DNA of 64,000 nt, taken from the NCBI GenBank assembly GCA_030694365.1, contig JAUXYM010000083.1, positions 1,901 through 65,900 on the forward strand. The letters run 5' to 3'. How positions within the stretch are numbered: the stretch's first letter is position 1; each line of letters begins with the position of its first letter. Source of the stretch: Nevskia sp. (GTDB lineage Bacteria > Pseudomonadota > Gammaproteobacteria > Nevskiales > Nevskiaceae). The notes beneath the pieces were generated by a model. It searched no databases and was not told the DNA's origin. It worked only from the letters and a program-made list of their open reading frames with translations. Shown here in pieces: positions 22,070 through 32,414 of this stretch. The translations under genes were made by a program, and so were the position numbers.

Positions 22070-22516
22070 TCAGTTTTTCGCGGACTGCGCCAGTTCGAGG
22101 CCCTTGTTGGCGAGACGGTCAGCATTCTCGTTGCCTGGATCGCCGGAATGTCCTTTGACCCACCGCCAGTCGATCTGGTGTCGTGCGGCGGCAACGTCAA
22201 GCCGTTGCCATAAATCCTGGTTCTTGACTGGCTTCTTGTCGGCCGTCTTCCAACCGCGTTTCTTCCAGTTTGGCAGCCACTCCGTCAATCCCTGCAACAC
22301 GTACTTGGAGTCCGTGTGCAAGATCACCGTGCACGCTGATCGCAGCGATTCCAGCGCGCCGATCGCCGCCATCAATTCCATGCGGTTGTTGGTGGTCGGC
22401 GCTTCGCCACCACAGAGTTCCTTCAGATGTTCCCCGTACTGGAGAGACACGCCCCAGCCGCCCGGGCCAGGGTTACCGCGGCAGGCGCCGTCGGTGTACG
22501 CGATGACTGCTTTCAT
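22070..22516 (-). CDS. rnhA: Ribonuclease HI
   Basis: [35 protein letters not shown]. Confidence 0.98.
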   Translation of the reverse strand: MKAVIAYTDGACRGNPGPGGWGVSLQYGEHLKELCGGEAPTTNNRMELMAAIGALESLRSACTVILHTDSKYVLQGLTEWLPNWKKRGWKTADKKPVKNQDLWQRLDVAAARHQIDWRWVKGHSGDPGNENADRLANKGLELAQSAKN

Positions 22517-23298
22517 TCAGCGGGAGTATTGAGTTCCGGTCCAGCGACAGGTGTGGCGGCAATACCGCCGAGGCTGCGGCCGACCATAGGCTTGACCAGC
22601 GCACGTGGCAGTCGAGTGATCATCGACATCGGGATGACCCGCTTCTTGGCAACGATCAGGTAAGCCTCGGCGAGCGGCGTTGCCAGACTGGCTACCGTGA
22701 ACGGTTCACCTGCTGTGCGGGCCTCGACCCACGGAAACCCGACGCCGAAACGCCGCAGTTCGGTGATTTCGAAATCGAGCAACTCCAACCAGTCACCAAG
22801 CCGCCCGGCACTGTGGAAACGAGCACCCGGCGGAAACGCTCGAGCCCCCATACCGAGCACGCGGCGCAAACCCCAAAAGCTCCAGGGATTGAAGCCGAGG
22901 ATCATCAGACGGCCGCGATCGCTGAGGATGCGATTGACCTCGCGCAACAGGTTGTGCGGCGACGGCGTGAACTCCAGCGTATGCGGCAACAGCACCGCGT
23001 CGACACTGCGCTCCATGATCGGCAAGGCATCGGGCTGGGTCACCGCCTGGGCATCGCCCAGACTGTCGATCAGCGTGCCCAGCACGGCGCGATGCAGCAT
23101 GTCGGCCGACGCCAGCAACTGGCCGTCGCCCCAGTTACCGATCTGCAGGCAATGACGGCCAAAAAGATTCGGCAACACCCGCGCCAGTTCGACTTCCTCA
23201 AGCGCCAGCAGACGCTTGCCGCGCGGGCTGGCAAGCCAGGTTTTCAGAGCTAGGCGGTTGAACGGCTGGCCGCCGCTGACCGCGAGACGCTTAGGCAT
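22513..23298 (-). CDS. YafS-like class I SAM methyltransferase-fold protein
   Basis: [22 protein letters not shown] motifs; conserved position between gloB and rnhA. Confidence 0.85.
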   Translation of the reverse strand: MPKRLAVSGGQPFNRLALKTWLASPRGKRLLALEEVELARVLPNLFGRHCLQIGNWGDGQLLASADMLHRAVLGTLIDSLGDAQAVTQPDALPIMERSVDAVLLPHTLEFTPSPHNLLREVNRILSDRGRLMILGFNPWSFWGLRRVLGMGARAFPPGARFHSAGRLGDWLELLDFEITELRRFGVGFPWVEARTAGEPFTVASLATPLAEAYLIVAKKRVIPMSMITRLPRALVKPMVGRSLGGIAATPVAGPELNTPAE

Positions 23299-23335
23299 GG
23301 TTGACGTAGCGACCCACTATGAAGACGATGCCGCC

Positions 23336-24127
23336 ATGATAACCGTCACCGCCCTGCCCGCGTTCACCGATAACTACCTCTGGCTGCTCGAACGCGATGG
23401 CCATGCTGCCGTCGTCGACCCGGGCGATGCCGCAGTCGTCAGCAAGGCGCTGGCGTCGCGCGGCCTGGTGCTCGATGCGATCCTGATCACCCACCACCAC
23501 CCGGACCACATCGGCGGGCTCGCGGCCCTGGCGGCCGAGACCGGTGCCGTGGTCTATGGCCCGCGCGCCGAGAGCGCGAAGATCAAGGGCCTGACCGTGC
23601 TACTGGACGACGGCGATCGAGTCGACCTCGCTGACCTTGGCGTCAGCTTGAACGTACTCGCCGTGCCGGGGCATACCCTCGGTCATATCGCCTATTTCGA
23701 GCGGGCACAGCGCTTGCTGTTCTGCGGCGATACCTTGTTCATCGGCGGCTGTGGCCGGCTGTTCGAAGGCACACCGGTGCAGATGCATGATTCGCTGGCG
23801 CGGCTCGCCAAGCTGCCAGGCGATACGGCGGTCTACTGTGCGCACGAATACACCTTGTCGAACTACGACTTCATCGCGACAGTCGAGCCGGACAATGCCG
23901 CCATCGCCCGCGAATTCACCCGCCTGCAGACCCTGCGCGCGGAGGGCCGGGCAACCGTGCCGGGCACCATCGCCGGCGAGCGAGCGCTGAACCCTTTCTT
24001 GCGCAGTACCGAGCCTGGACTGGCAGCGGCGATGACCGCGCAGACCGGGCAACCGATGGCTGATTCCGTGGAAGTTTTCGCGGCTCTGCGCCGCCTGAAA
24101 GACAGACACGTACCGCGCATCCGCTGA
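23336..24127 (+). CDS. gloB: Hydroxyacylglutathione hydrolase (glyoxalase II)
   Basis: THHHPDHIGG, PGHTLGH, GDTLFIGGCGR, CAHEYT, NPFLR; start trimmed to ATG 23336. Confidence 0.95.
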   Translation: MITVTALPAFTDNYLWLLERDGHAAVVDPGDAAVVSKALASRGLVLDAILITHHHPDHIGGLAALAAETGAVVYGPRAESAKIKGLTVLLDDGDRVDLADLGVSLNVLAVPGHTLGHIAYFERAQRLLFCGDTLFIGGCGRLFEGTPVQMHDSLARLAKLPGDTAVYCAHEYTLSNYDFIATVEPDNAAIAREFTRLQTLRAEGRATVPGTIAGERALNPFLRSTEPGLAAAMTAQTGQPMADSVEVFAALRRLKDRHVPRIR

Positions 24128-24206
24128 ACCCGCTGTCTGTTTCCGTAGGCCCCGAGCCATTTGTTAGACTCGCGCCTCTTCAACACCCCCTGCTCAGAAA
24201 ACGAAC

Positions 24207-24770
24207 ATGGCTTTCCGCCCATCGAGCCGCCTGTTTTTGTGCACAGTGCTTGCCTGCCTGCCTGCCGCGGTGCACGCCGCCCCGCCGCAGCCAGCCGATC
24301 CGGCCGTGCTGGAAATCGACCGGACGCTGCAGGTGTTGAAGTCGGAAGTCTTCGACATCAACCAGCAAGCGATCCGCACCGAGGACGCCTTCCTCTATCC
24401 CGAGCAAACCCGGGTGACGATCTATGTCGGCATGGATGCTCCGGGCCTGCTGCTCGACGAGGTGGTGGTCACCGTCGACGGCAACGCGCCGGTTCGCCGC
24501 AAGGTCGAAGTCACCGAAGCCGTTGCCCTGCAGCGCCGCGGCCTGTATCGAGCGCTGCGCCTGAATGTCACCCCGGGCGCGCACCGCTTGTGGGCAGAAT
24601 TCAGTGGCCGCTACGCAGACACCGGTGTCGATGGCCAGCGCCTGCGCGGCCGTTACGAAGCGCTGTTCGACAAGACTGATCGGGCATCTGATCTCGAAAT
24701 CCTGATTGCAACGCCAGGCCTTGGTCAGCAGCCGACCATGGCGCTGCGCGACTGGAGACCGTCGCGATGA
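24207..24770 (+). CDS. Exported hypothetical protein, first gene of the Agl/Glt-like operon
   Basis: Signal peptide, coiled segment, beta-rich C-terminus; 4-bp overlap with next gene. Confidence 0.75.
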   Translation: MAFRPSSRLFLCTVLACLPAAVHAAPPQPADPAVLEIDRTLQVLKSEVFDINQQAIRTEDAFLYPEQTRVTIYVGMDAPGLLLDEVVVTVDGNAPVRRKVEVTEAVALQRRGLYRALRLNVTPGAHRLWAEFSGRYADTGVDGQRLRGRYEALFDKTDRASDLEILIATPGLGQQPTMALRDWRPSR

Positions 24771-26587
24771 TCCGCAGCATTCTTTGTGCCACCTTGCTGA
24801 CCGCATCGATTCCAGCGCTGGCCATCGATCGTTACGAACCGGGCAGCGCCAACGATCCGCATGTGCGTGCTGCCGAGTTTCTGATCGGCGACCAGCGCTA
24901 CTTCAGTGCCTCGACCGAACTGCTGCAGTTGATCGGCGAAAAGCCGGATCGCCAGTTGTCGAAGGTCTACTTCCGGCGGCTGGCCGATGCCACGCTGAAC
25001 TTCGGCGTCGAACAGCGCGCCAGCACCATCTACCGCGAATTGGTGCCGGAGCCGACCACCGCTCTGTCGCTGGCCCGCGCCCGCATCCAACTGGCGGAAT
25101 TCGACTACCAGCGCGGCAAGCTCGCCGAGGCGATCGCCGAACTCGAAGCGCTGAAGCCGCAGCTGCCGAAGCAGGCGACGCTGGAATGGCAGGATCTGCT
25201 CGGCCGTGCGCTGCTCGCTCAGGGCCGCTACAAGGAAGCGGCGGCGGTGCTTGCCGAGCTCAAGGATGCCGGTCTGCAGCGAGCGCTGACCCGTTACAAC
25301 TACGGCGTCGCGCTGATCAAGGACGGCCGCATCCCCCAAGGGCTGAGCGTGCTCGACAAGGTCGGTCAGATCGCTGCAGACGATCCCGATGAGCTGGCCG
25401 TGCGTGACAAGGCCAATCTGGCGCTCGGCTATCACTTTTTGCGCAATCAGCAGGGCGGCTCGGCGGTCGGCGTACTCCAGCGCGTGCGCAGCGATGGTCC
25501 GCTGTCGAATCGCGCACTGCTCGGCCTTGGCTGGGCGTATCTGGCACCGGGCGGCAAATCGCAGAAGGCCGGCGACGAGGGCGCCAGCATCTCCAAGACC
25601 TTGTCGACCATCGGCGTGCTGCTGCGGCCCGGATTTCTCGATAACGACATCTACAAGCGCGCCGGCCTCCAGTCCGTCAAGCTGACCAAGGCATCGGCTG
25701 ACGAAGAAGCCGCACTGAAGCGAGCGCTGGTGCCCTGGGTCGAACTCGCCACGCGCGATACCATCGACCCGGCGGTGCAGGAAGTGCTGCTGGCGATTCC
25801 GTTCACACTCGACAAGCTGGGTGCCCACCTGCAGTCGGAAGCGTTCTACCAGCGGGCCATCGACGCACTCACGGCGGCGCGCAGGCGCCTTGACGAAAGC
25901 GCCGCTTATGTCCGCAGCGGCCGCATGATTTCGACGATGGTCCGGCGCACGCAGAATGTCGAATCGGGCTGGGACTGGGAGCTGAAGGATCTGCCGGATG
26001 CACAGGAAACCTATTACCTGCAACGTCTGATCGCCGAGAACCGCTTCCAGGAGCCGCTGAAGAACTATCGCGATGCCCTGCTGCTGAAGCGCAATCTCGA
26101 AGCCTGGAAAGATCGCATGAGCGATGCCCAGGCCGGTTGGCTGGCCCGCAAGGGGCCTGCGGTCTCGACCGAGCAATTGCTGAGCCTGCAGATCAGCAAG
26201 CAGAAAGAAACGCCGAAGGTGACCACGCCCGGTGTGCCGCCACCGCCGGTGAGCTTGCGACTCAGCGAAACCTTGAGCCCGGCGGATTTCGCAACGGTCT
26301 CGGCAACGCCGCCGGTCATCGGTTCGCCGATCATCCTGCTGGCCGCCAAGGCACCGGCGTCGGCGGCGTTCAGTGGCGTCTACGAACGCATGAACGTGCT
26401 GAAGCTGCGCATTGACGAACTGCTGCCTCGGGTCGACACCACCGCGAAGGCGCAGGGCAAGCTGATCGAGAAGCTGGCGCTCGACAATCTCGCCGATCAG
26501 CGCCGCTACACCGAGAAATATCTGATCGAAGCGCGCTTCTCGATGGCTCGCATCTACGACCGCCAGCTCAAGGGAGCGACGCCCTGA
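24767..26587 (+). CDS. Exported TPR protein (GltC-like)
   Basis: Signal peptide; helical repeats (RYNYGVALI, DKANLALGY, ALLGLGWA); overlaps neighbours. Confidence 0.75.
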   Translation: MIRSILCATLLTASIPALAIDRYEPGSANDPHVRAAEFLIGDQRYFSASTELLQLIGEKPDRQLSKVYFRRLADATLNFGVEQRASTIYRELVPEPTTALSLARARIQLAEFDYQRGKLAEAIAELEALKPQLPKQATLEWQDLLGRALLAQGRYKEAAAVLAELKDAGLQRALTRYNYGVALIKDGRIPQGLSVLDKVGQIAADDPDELAVRDKANLALGYHFLRNQQGGSAVGVLQRVRSDGPLSNRALLGLGWAYLAPGGKSQKAGDEGASISKTLSTIGVLLRPGFLDNDIYKRAGLQSVKLTKASADEEAALKRALVPWVELATRDTIDPAVQEVLLAIPFTLDKLGAHLQSEAFYQRAIDALTAARRRLDESAAYVRSGRMISTMVRRTQNVESGWDWELKDLPDAQETYYLQRLIAENRFQEPLKNYRDALLLKRNLEAWKDRMSDAQAGWLARKGPAVSTEQLLSLQISKQKETPKVTTPGVPPPPVSLRLSETLSPADFATVSATPPVIGSPIILLAAKAPASAAFSGVYERMNVLKLRIDELLPRVDTTAKAQGKLIEKLALDNLADQRRYTEKYLIEARFSMARIYDRQLKGATP

Positions 26588-29478
26588 TGCAATCGAATCC
26601 CTGCCCGAATCCATCTGCAAAACTCGTTGCCGGGCTGCGCACGCCGCTGGCCCTGTCGGTTGCGGCCCTGTTTCTTGCCGGCTGTGCCGCATCGCAGTCC
26701 AAGGACATATCGCCGCCGATTCGTACTTTGACCCGGCAGTCGGCGCCGGCTGAAGACAAGCTGCCGGTGATCCGCTCCGAAGCGGTGACTACCGATCCGG
26801 AAAAGGCGATTGAAAATTATCGCGAACTGCTCAGGCTGAAGCCGGACGACAATACTCGTGTCGAAGCGACGCGCCGCCTCGCCGATCTGCTGCTGCAGGT
26901 CGAGGACAGCAGGGGCGATGCCGATCCGGCCGTGATCGCCAAAGTCATCGCCCTGTACAAGTCGCTGCTCGCCGAAAGTCCCAACGATCGCAACAACGAC
27001 CGACTGCTCTATCAGCTTTCCCGTGGCTATCAGATCAATGGACAGATCGAAGACGCGATCGCGACGCTGCGCCGCCTCGGCGACCTGTATCCGACCTCGA
27101 ACCTGATCGGCGACGCGCACTTCCGCAACGCGGAAATTCTTTACGGCCTCGGCCGCTATGACGAAGCCGAGAAGGATTACCAGTTCGTGCTCGGCCTCGG
27201 CAGCACGGCGACTTTCTTCGAGTCAGCCCAGTACAAGTACGGCTGGTCGCTGTTCAAGCAGAGCAAGTACGACGCCTGTCTGCCGGTGTTCTTCACCATC
27301 CTCAATCGCGAACTGCCAGCCGGCGAGCTGGAAGATCCGGACGCCACCCTCAAGGCGGTCGGCAAGGACAAGGCAGAACTGGCGTCGTCCAGCCTGCGGG
27401 TGTCGAGCCTCGCCTTCGCCGCGTTGGGCGGCGGCAACGCGATCAACGACTACTTCACCCGCAGCGCCAGGGTGACCGGCGGTGGCGAACCGCGCTTCTA
27501 TCCGCTGGTCTACAACGCGCTGGGCGAACTGTTCGTCGAGAAACGTCGCTACAGTGATGCTGCCGTCAGTTACGCCGCGTTCATCGCCCGCTACCCGAGC
27601 CATCCCAGCGCGCCGAAGTTCCAGACTCGCGTCATCGGTGCCTACCAGGACGGTGGCTTCAACGATCTCGTGGTCCGCGAGAAGGAACGCTACGTAACCG
27701 CTTACGAGCCGGGCACCTCGTACTGGACCGGCCGCCAGCCGACCGCCGAAGTGCTGACCGTGTTGCGCAAGAGCTTCGAGGACCTCGGTCGTCACTATCA
27801 GGCGCGCGCTCAAGCCGGTCAGCAGGCTGGCCGCAGCGGTGAAGCCATGAAAGATTTCGTCGCCGCAGCCGGGTGGTATCAGAAGATCCTGATCAACTTC
27901 CCGTCCGATCCGAAAATTGCCGACGTGAACCTGCTTTACGCCGATACTTTGTTCGACGGTGGCCGCACCGCGGATGCCGCGAACCAGTATCTGAAGACTG
28001 CGTACAGCTACGGTAACCACCCGAAGGCTGACGAAGCCGCCTACGCCGCCGTGCAGGCCTGGCAGCGTCTGGTCAAGGAAGTGCCTGCTGCCGAACGGCC
28101 CGCCGCGCTGCGGCAGTCGATCGACGCCAGCCTGAAGCTGGCCGATACCTTCCCTGCGCATCCGCAGTGGACCGTCGTCGTCACCCGAGCCGCGCAGGAT
28201 CTTTTCGAGATCAAGGCGCTCGACGAGGCGGTGAAGGTCGCCGAACGCTTGCTTGCACGCACGCCGGCCGCCACCCCTGATCAACGCCGAATCGTGCTCG
28301 GTGTGGTCGCCGACGCCCGCTTTGCCCAGGCCCGTTATCCGGATGCCGAAGCAGCCTACGGCAACCTGCTGAGCTTGCTGGCGCCGAGCGCGCCAGAGCG
28401 CAGGATCGTCGCCGATCAGCTCGCCGCATCGATCTACAAGCAGGGTGAAGCAGCGCGTACCGCCGGCAATCTGCGGGTGGCGGCAGACGCCTTCCTGCGG
28501 GTCGGCGCGACGGTGCCGGATGCCAGCATCCGCCCGAATGCCGATTACGACGCCGCCAGCGCTTACCTGTCGCTCGAGGACTGGCAGAAAGCGGCGATGA
28601 CCTTGGAAGGTTTCCGTAGCCGCTATCCGAACAATCCGCTGATCTCGGATGTCGACAAGAAACTTGCCGCGACCTATCAGAAGGATGGCAAGCCGGCTGC
28701 TGCTGCTGCTGCGTTTGCGCGCATCGCGCAGCGCACCAGCGAAACCGCAGATACCCGTCGCGAATCGGCCTGGCTGGCGGCAAGCCTGTACGACGAAGCG
28801 AAGATGGCAGCACCTGCCACCAAGGCTTACGAGTACTACGTCGGCAACTTCACGCAGCCGGTCGAGCGTAGTTCCATTGGTCGTCGCCGCCTCGCCGATC
28901 TGGCGCTGGCAGCGAATGACCGGGGCCGTTACCTGTACTGGCTCAACGAACTGGTCAAGGCCGATGTCGGTGCCGGTGCCGGTGCCGGGCGTACCGATGC
29001 CAGCAAGCTGGTGGCCGCGCAGGCCAGTCTCGAACTGGCACTGGCAGCCGCTCAGGACGCTCGCAACATCAAGCTGAGCCTGCCGGTCGAAAAGAGCCTG
29101 CTGGTGCGCAAGAACGCGACCGAACTCGCCGTTCAGGCACTGAATCGCTCGGCCGCTTATGGTTTTGCCGACACCACGACGGCGGCGACCTTCGAACTCG
29201 GTGTGGTCTACCGCGATTTCAGCCGTGCCCTGGTGGAATCCGAACGACCGAAGAATCTGAAGGCGGACGAACTCGAACAGTACAGCCTGCTGCTGGAAGA
29301 ACAGGCTGATCCGTTCGTCCAGAAAGCCATCGAGGCTCACGAAGCCAATTTGAAGCGTGTCAGCCAGAACCTGTGGAATCCGTCGATCGCCAAGAGCGTC
29401 AAGGCGCTCGGCGAACTGGCTCCGGCGAAATACGGCAAGCGCGAAATCCGCGAGGACTCCTATGACACCCTGCGTTGA
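26587..29478 (+). CDS. Large TPR lipoprotein (GltD/AgmU-like)
   Basis: Lipobox LAGC; many TPR-like repeats; C-terminal LEQYSLLLEEQADPF motif. Confidence 0.8.
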   Translation: MQSNPCPNPSAKLVAGLRTPLALSVAALFLAGCAASQSKDISPPIRTLTRQSAPAEDKLPVIRSEAVTTDPEKAIENYRELLRLKPDDNTRVEATRRLADLLLQVEDSRGDADPAVIAKVIALYKSLLAESPNDRNNDRLLYQLSRGYQINGQIEDAIATLRRLGDLYPTSNLIGDAHFRNAEILYGLGRYDEAEKDYQFVLGLGSTATFFESAQYKYGWSLFKQSKYDACLPVFFTILNRELPAGELEDPDATLKAVGKDKAELASSSLRVSSLAFAALGGGNAINDYFTRSARVTGGGEPRFYPLVYNALGELFVEKRRYSDAAVSYAAFIARYPSHPSAPKFQTRVIGAYQDGGFNDLVVREKERYVTAYEPGTSYWTGRQPTAEVLTVLRKSFEDLGRHYQARAQAGQQAGRSGEAMKDFVAAAGWYQKILINFPSDPKIADVNLLYADTLFDGGRTADAANQYLKTAYSYGNHPKADEAAYAAVQAWQRLVKEVPAAERPAALRQSIDASLKLADTFPAHPQWTVVVTRAAQDLFEIKALDEAVKVAERLLARTPAATPDQRRIVLGVVADARFAQARYPDAEAAYGNLLSLLAPSAPERRIVADQLAASIYKQGEAARTAGNLRVAADAFLRVGATVPDASIRPNADYDAASAYLSLEDWQKAAMTLEGFRSRYPNNPLISDVDKKLAATYQKDGKPAAAAAAFARIAQRTSETADTRRESAWLAASLYDEAKMAAPATKAYEYYVGNFTQPVERSSIGRRRLADLALAANDRGRYLYWLNELVKADVGAGAGAGRTDASKLVAAQASLELALAAAQDARNIKLSLPVEKSLLVRKNATELAVQALNRSAAYGFADTTTAATFELGVVYRDFSRALVESERPKNLKADELEQYSLLLEEQADPFVQKAIEAHEANLKRVSQNLWNPSIAKSVKALGELAPAKYGKREIREDSYDTLR

Positions 29479-30157
29479 GCTGATGAACATGCCGCGCGCG
29501 CCCCGCTGGCTCGGTATCGCGATGATCGTCGCGCTGGCCACAGGTTGCGGTGCCCAGCCAAGAAAGACGGCGCCAGCCGCCGTCCCAAGCAAGCCGGCAC
29601 CCGAAGCCGTCACTGGCAAGGCGGCCGCCGGCAAAGGCGATCCGCAGGCGCGTTTCGATGAAGCCCTGAAATTGATGAAGGGCCGGCAGACCAAGGAGGC
29701 GCGCGAAGCCTTCCTGGCGCTGGCTCGTGACTTCCCGAATTTCTCCGGGCCGTTCACCGACCTGGCGATCCTGCAGGCCAAGGCCAATCAGCCGACGCTG
29801 GCCATCGACAATTTTGAAAAGGCGACCCGCCTGAACGCCGACAACGCGACGGCCTGGAACTGGCTCGGCACGCTGTATCGCGAGGGCAAGGATTACCAAA
29901 AGGCCGAAACGGCGTACAAGACGGCGCTGAATCTGAAGCCCAACCTCGCCGCTTCGCATTTGAATCTCGGTCTGCTGAACGATCTGTATCTGCGCCGTCC
30001 GCAGGAGGCGCTGAACCACTACCGCGAGTACCAGCGCCTCGCCGGCGGCGATAAGCTGATTGTCACCGCCTGGATTCGCGAACTCGAAGCCCAGTTGCCG
30101 CCGCCGGTTCCGGCGGCGGCAACTGCGCCCGCACCTGCTGGAGCCCGCAAGCCATGA
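29462..30157 (+). CDS. TPR lipoprotein (GltE/AglT-like)
   Basis: GAGGA RBS before ATG 29462; lipobox ATGC; TPRs AWNWLGTLYR, HLNLGLLNDLY. Confidence 0.8.
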   Translation: MTPCVELMNMPRAPRWLGIAMIVALATGCGAQPRKTAPAAVPSKPAPEAVTGKAAAGKGDPQARFDEALKLMKGRQTKEAREAFLALARDFPNFSGPFTDLAILQAKANQPTLAIDNFEKATRLNADNATAWNWLGTLYREGKDYQKAETAYKTALNLKPNLAASHLNLGLLNDLYLRRPQEALNHYREYQRLAGGDKLIVTAWIRELEAQLPPPVPAAATAPAPAGARKP

Positions 30158-30642
30158 ACCTCTCCCGACTTCTGAGTACCACCTGCTCAGCCGCGCTGCT
30201 CTCGGCACTCTCGCTGCAAGTGCAGGCCCAGGAAGAACAACCGATCGCCACGCCGCAGATCAGGGTCCCGTCGAACACCGGGCGATTGAATGGTCCGATC
30301 ATCGAGATACCGAGAAACACTGCTGCACCGACTCCGGCACCGGTGCCAGCGCCAGCGCCGTCAGCGCCACCCGCTTCGGCAGCGACCGCCCCCGGTTCCG
30401 CTGCGGTGCCAATTCCGGAAAATGCGACGTCAGGCACTACCATCGTCGGCGACCGGGAATCCCCGATCGGCCTGTACATCACGCCATGGAAGGATGACTA
30501 CGCCGAGCGCGGGCTTGATCGCCCCGCTCGTCTGGTCGATGAAGCCATGGAACCGATCGATCCGGCAACTTTCCGTCGCCAGATCGAGTATTACGAAACG
30601 ATCACGGCATTCCGCAAGCGCCAGCAAGACGCTGCGAAGTAA
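30154..30642 (+). CDS. Small exported protein with Pro/Ala linker (GltF-like)
   Basis: Signal peptide; C-terminal IVGDRESPIGLYITPWK motif; position between TPR gene and motor genes. Confidence 0.65.
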   Translation: MNLSRLLSTTCSAALLSALSLQVQAQEEQPIATPQIRVPSNTGRLNGPIIEIPRNTAAPTPAPVPAPAPSAPPASAATAPGSAAVPIPENATSGTTIVGDRESPIGLYITPWKDDYAERGLDRPARLVDEAMEPIDPATFRRQIEYYETITAFRKRQQDAAK

Positions 30643-30686
30643 CACCCTCCCTTTTCATTCAAGCAACCCGCAAACGAGGAATCCCC

Positions 30687-31319
30687 ATGGAGTTCTTTTC
30701 CACCGTCATCCGCTACTTCACAGCCGGCGGTGAGTTCATGTACCCGATCCTGGTCGTGCTCGTCATTGGGCTCGCGATCACCATCGAACGTCTGATCTAT
30801 CTGCGCCGCGCCTCCGTCGAGAACCGCGAGGTCTGGGCCAAGCTGATGCCGCTGGTCAACGCCGGCCGTCACGAAGAGGCTGAAGCGATTGCAGCCGCCT
30901 CGACGACCGCCATCGGCCGAGTCCTCGGTTACGGCCTCGCCCGCTCACGCGGTGCGACCAGCCGCGAGGAAGTCGAACTGGCGATGGAAGAAAGCCTGAT
31001 GGAAGTGACTCCGCAGCTCGAGCGTCGCACCCACTATCTCGCCACCTTCGCGAACGTGGCGACCCTGTTCGGCCTGCTCGGCACCATCGTCGGCCTGATC
31101 GCTGGCTTCACGGCGGTGTCTGGCGTCAACCCGGCGCAGAAGCAGGACCAGCTGTCGGCGGCCGTTGCCGTCGCCATGAACTGCACCGCCTTCGGCCTGA
31201 TCACCGCGATTCCGCTGCTGCTGATCCACGCCTGGCTGGTAACCAAGACCGACGAGATGATCGACAGCCTCGAGATCGCATCGGTGAAGTTCCTGAACAG
31301 TCTCGGCCTCAAGAAGTAA
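30687..31319 (+). CDS. MotA/TolQ/ExbB proton channel protein (AglR-like)
   Basis: ANVATLFGLLGTIVGLI and AMNCTAFGL transmembrane motifs. Confidence 0.93.
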   Translation: MEFFSTVIRYFTAGGEFMYPILVVLVIGLAITIERLIYLRRASVENREVWAKLMPLVNAGRHEEAEAIAAASTTAIGRVLGYGLARSRGATSREEVELAMEESLMEVTPQLERRTHYLATFANVATLFGLLGTIVGLIAGFTAVSGVNPAQKQDQLSAAVAVAMNCTAFGLITAIPLLLIHAWLVTKTDEMIDSLEIASVKFLNSLGLKK

Positions 31320-31350
31320 TGGTCGGCGGTAGCCAACGGACGATCCGCCG

Positions 31351-31866
31351 ATGATGCAAGGAATTTCCCGCGACACCCGACGCGCACTGCGCCGGGTCAG
31401 GCGCAAGCGCAGCACCGAGCTGAATCTGGTGTCGATGATCGACATCCTGACCGTGCTGATGTTCTTCCTGTTGGTGAACTCGATCGGCCTGTCGATCCTG
31501 GGCATCAATCTGCCGAACGACGACGCCTCGGCCTCGGAACCGCCACCGCACAATCTCTCCGTGCTGATCCGCAAGAACGATCTGGCGCTCAGCGATAACG
31601 GCTACATCGTGCGTGCGGTCCCGTCGAAAGCTGAAGGCTATGACTTCGAAGCGCTGTCGGTGCTGATGCGCGAGACCAAGAAACGGCTGCCGGCCGAATC
31701 GAAGGTCACGCTGCTGTCCGAGCCAGGCATTGCTTACGAAGTGCTGGTGTCGGTGATGGATGCCGTGCGCGTCGATCTGACCGCCACCGGGCCGGATACC
31801 GTCGAACTGTTCCCGCAGATTTCGCTGGGCGATGCCCCGGCCATAACGGGGGGCGCCAAGCGATGA
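31351..31866 (+). CDS. ExbD/TolR family protein (AglQ-like)
   Basis: LNLVSMIDILTVLMFFLL with conserved Asp; YEVLVSVMD. Confidence 0.9.
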   Translation: MMQGISRDTRRALRRVRRKRSTELNLVSMIDILTVLMFFLLVNSIGLSILGINLPNDDASASEPPPHNLSVLIRKNDLALSDNGYIVRAVPSKAEGYDFEALSVLMRETKKRLPAESKVTLLSEPGIAYEVLVSVMDAVRVDLTATGPDTVELFPQISLGDAPAITGGAKR

Positions 31867-32414
31867 GCCTGCGTACTTCCGCCAAGCGCAAACGAATCGT
31901 GCGCAAGGCCCAGCGGACCGAGACCCCAGGTGCGGTAGGCCTGAATCTGGTACCGATGATCGACATCTTCACGTCGCTGCTGATCTTCCTGCTGCTCAGC
32001 TCCACAGCGGTGCAGCAGATCCGCACGCCGAAGTCGTTGACCTTGCCGTTGGCCGCCACCGTGCAGCCGCCGAACGATACCGGCGTGCTGACGGTATCGA
32101 CCGACGGCGTTACCTGGCAGGGAACCTTGGTCATGAGTCTCGAAGACGCCCAGACGACGCCAGGCAACATCCTGGAACCGTTGAAGGCGCAGCTGGTGCT
32201 ATCGCCGCTGGTCGCCATGCAGGGCACCGGGGAAGCGGGCAAGCAGACGCGAGGCGAGGTCAATATCCTGGCTGACAAGGCCATCCCCTACGCTCTGCTG
32301 AAGAAAATCATGGCCACCTGTGGTGACGCGCAGTTCGCGCGTATCTCGCTGTCGGTGAACCGTCGTTCGATCAACGCGCTTGGTGGTGGTGCCGGTCTGG
32401 GAGCCAAGCCATGA
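31863..32414 (+). CDS. Second ExbD/TolR family protein (AglS-like)
   Basis: LNLVPMIDIFTSLLIFLL with conserved Asp; ADKAIPYALLKKIMATC. Confidence 0.9.
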   Translation: MSLRTSAKRKRIVRKAQRTETPGAVGLNLVPMIDIFTSLLIFLLLSSTAVQQIRTPKSLTLPLAATVQPPNDTGVLTVSTDGVTWQGTLVMSLEDAQTTPGNILEPLKAQLVLSPLVAMQGTGEAGKQTRGEVNILADKAIPYALLKKIMATCGDAQFARISLSVNRRSINALGGGAGLGAKP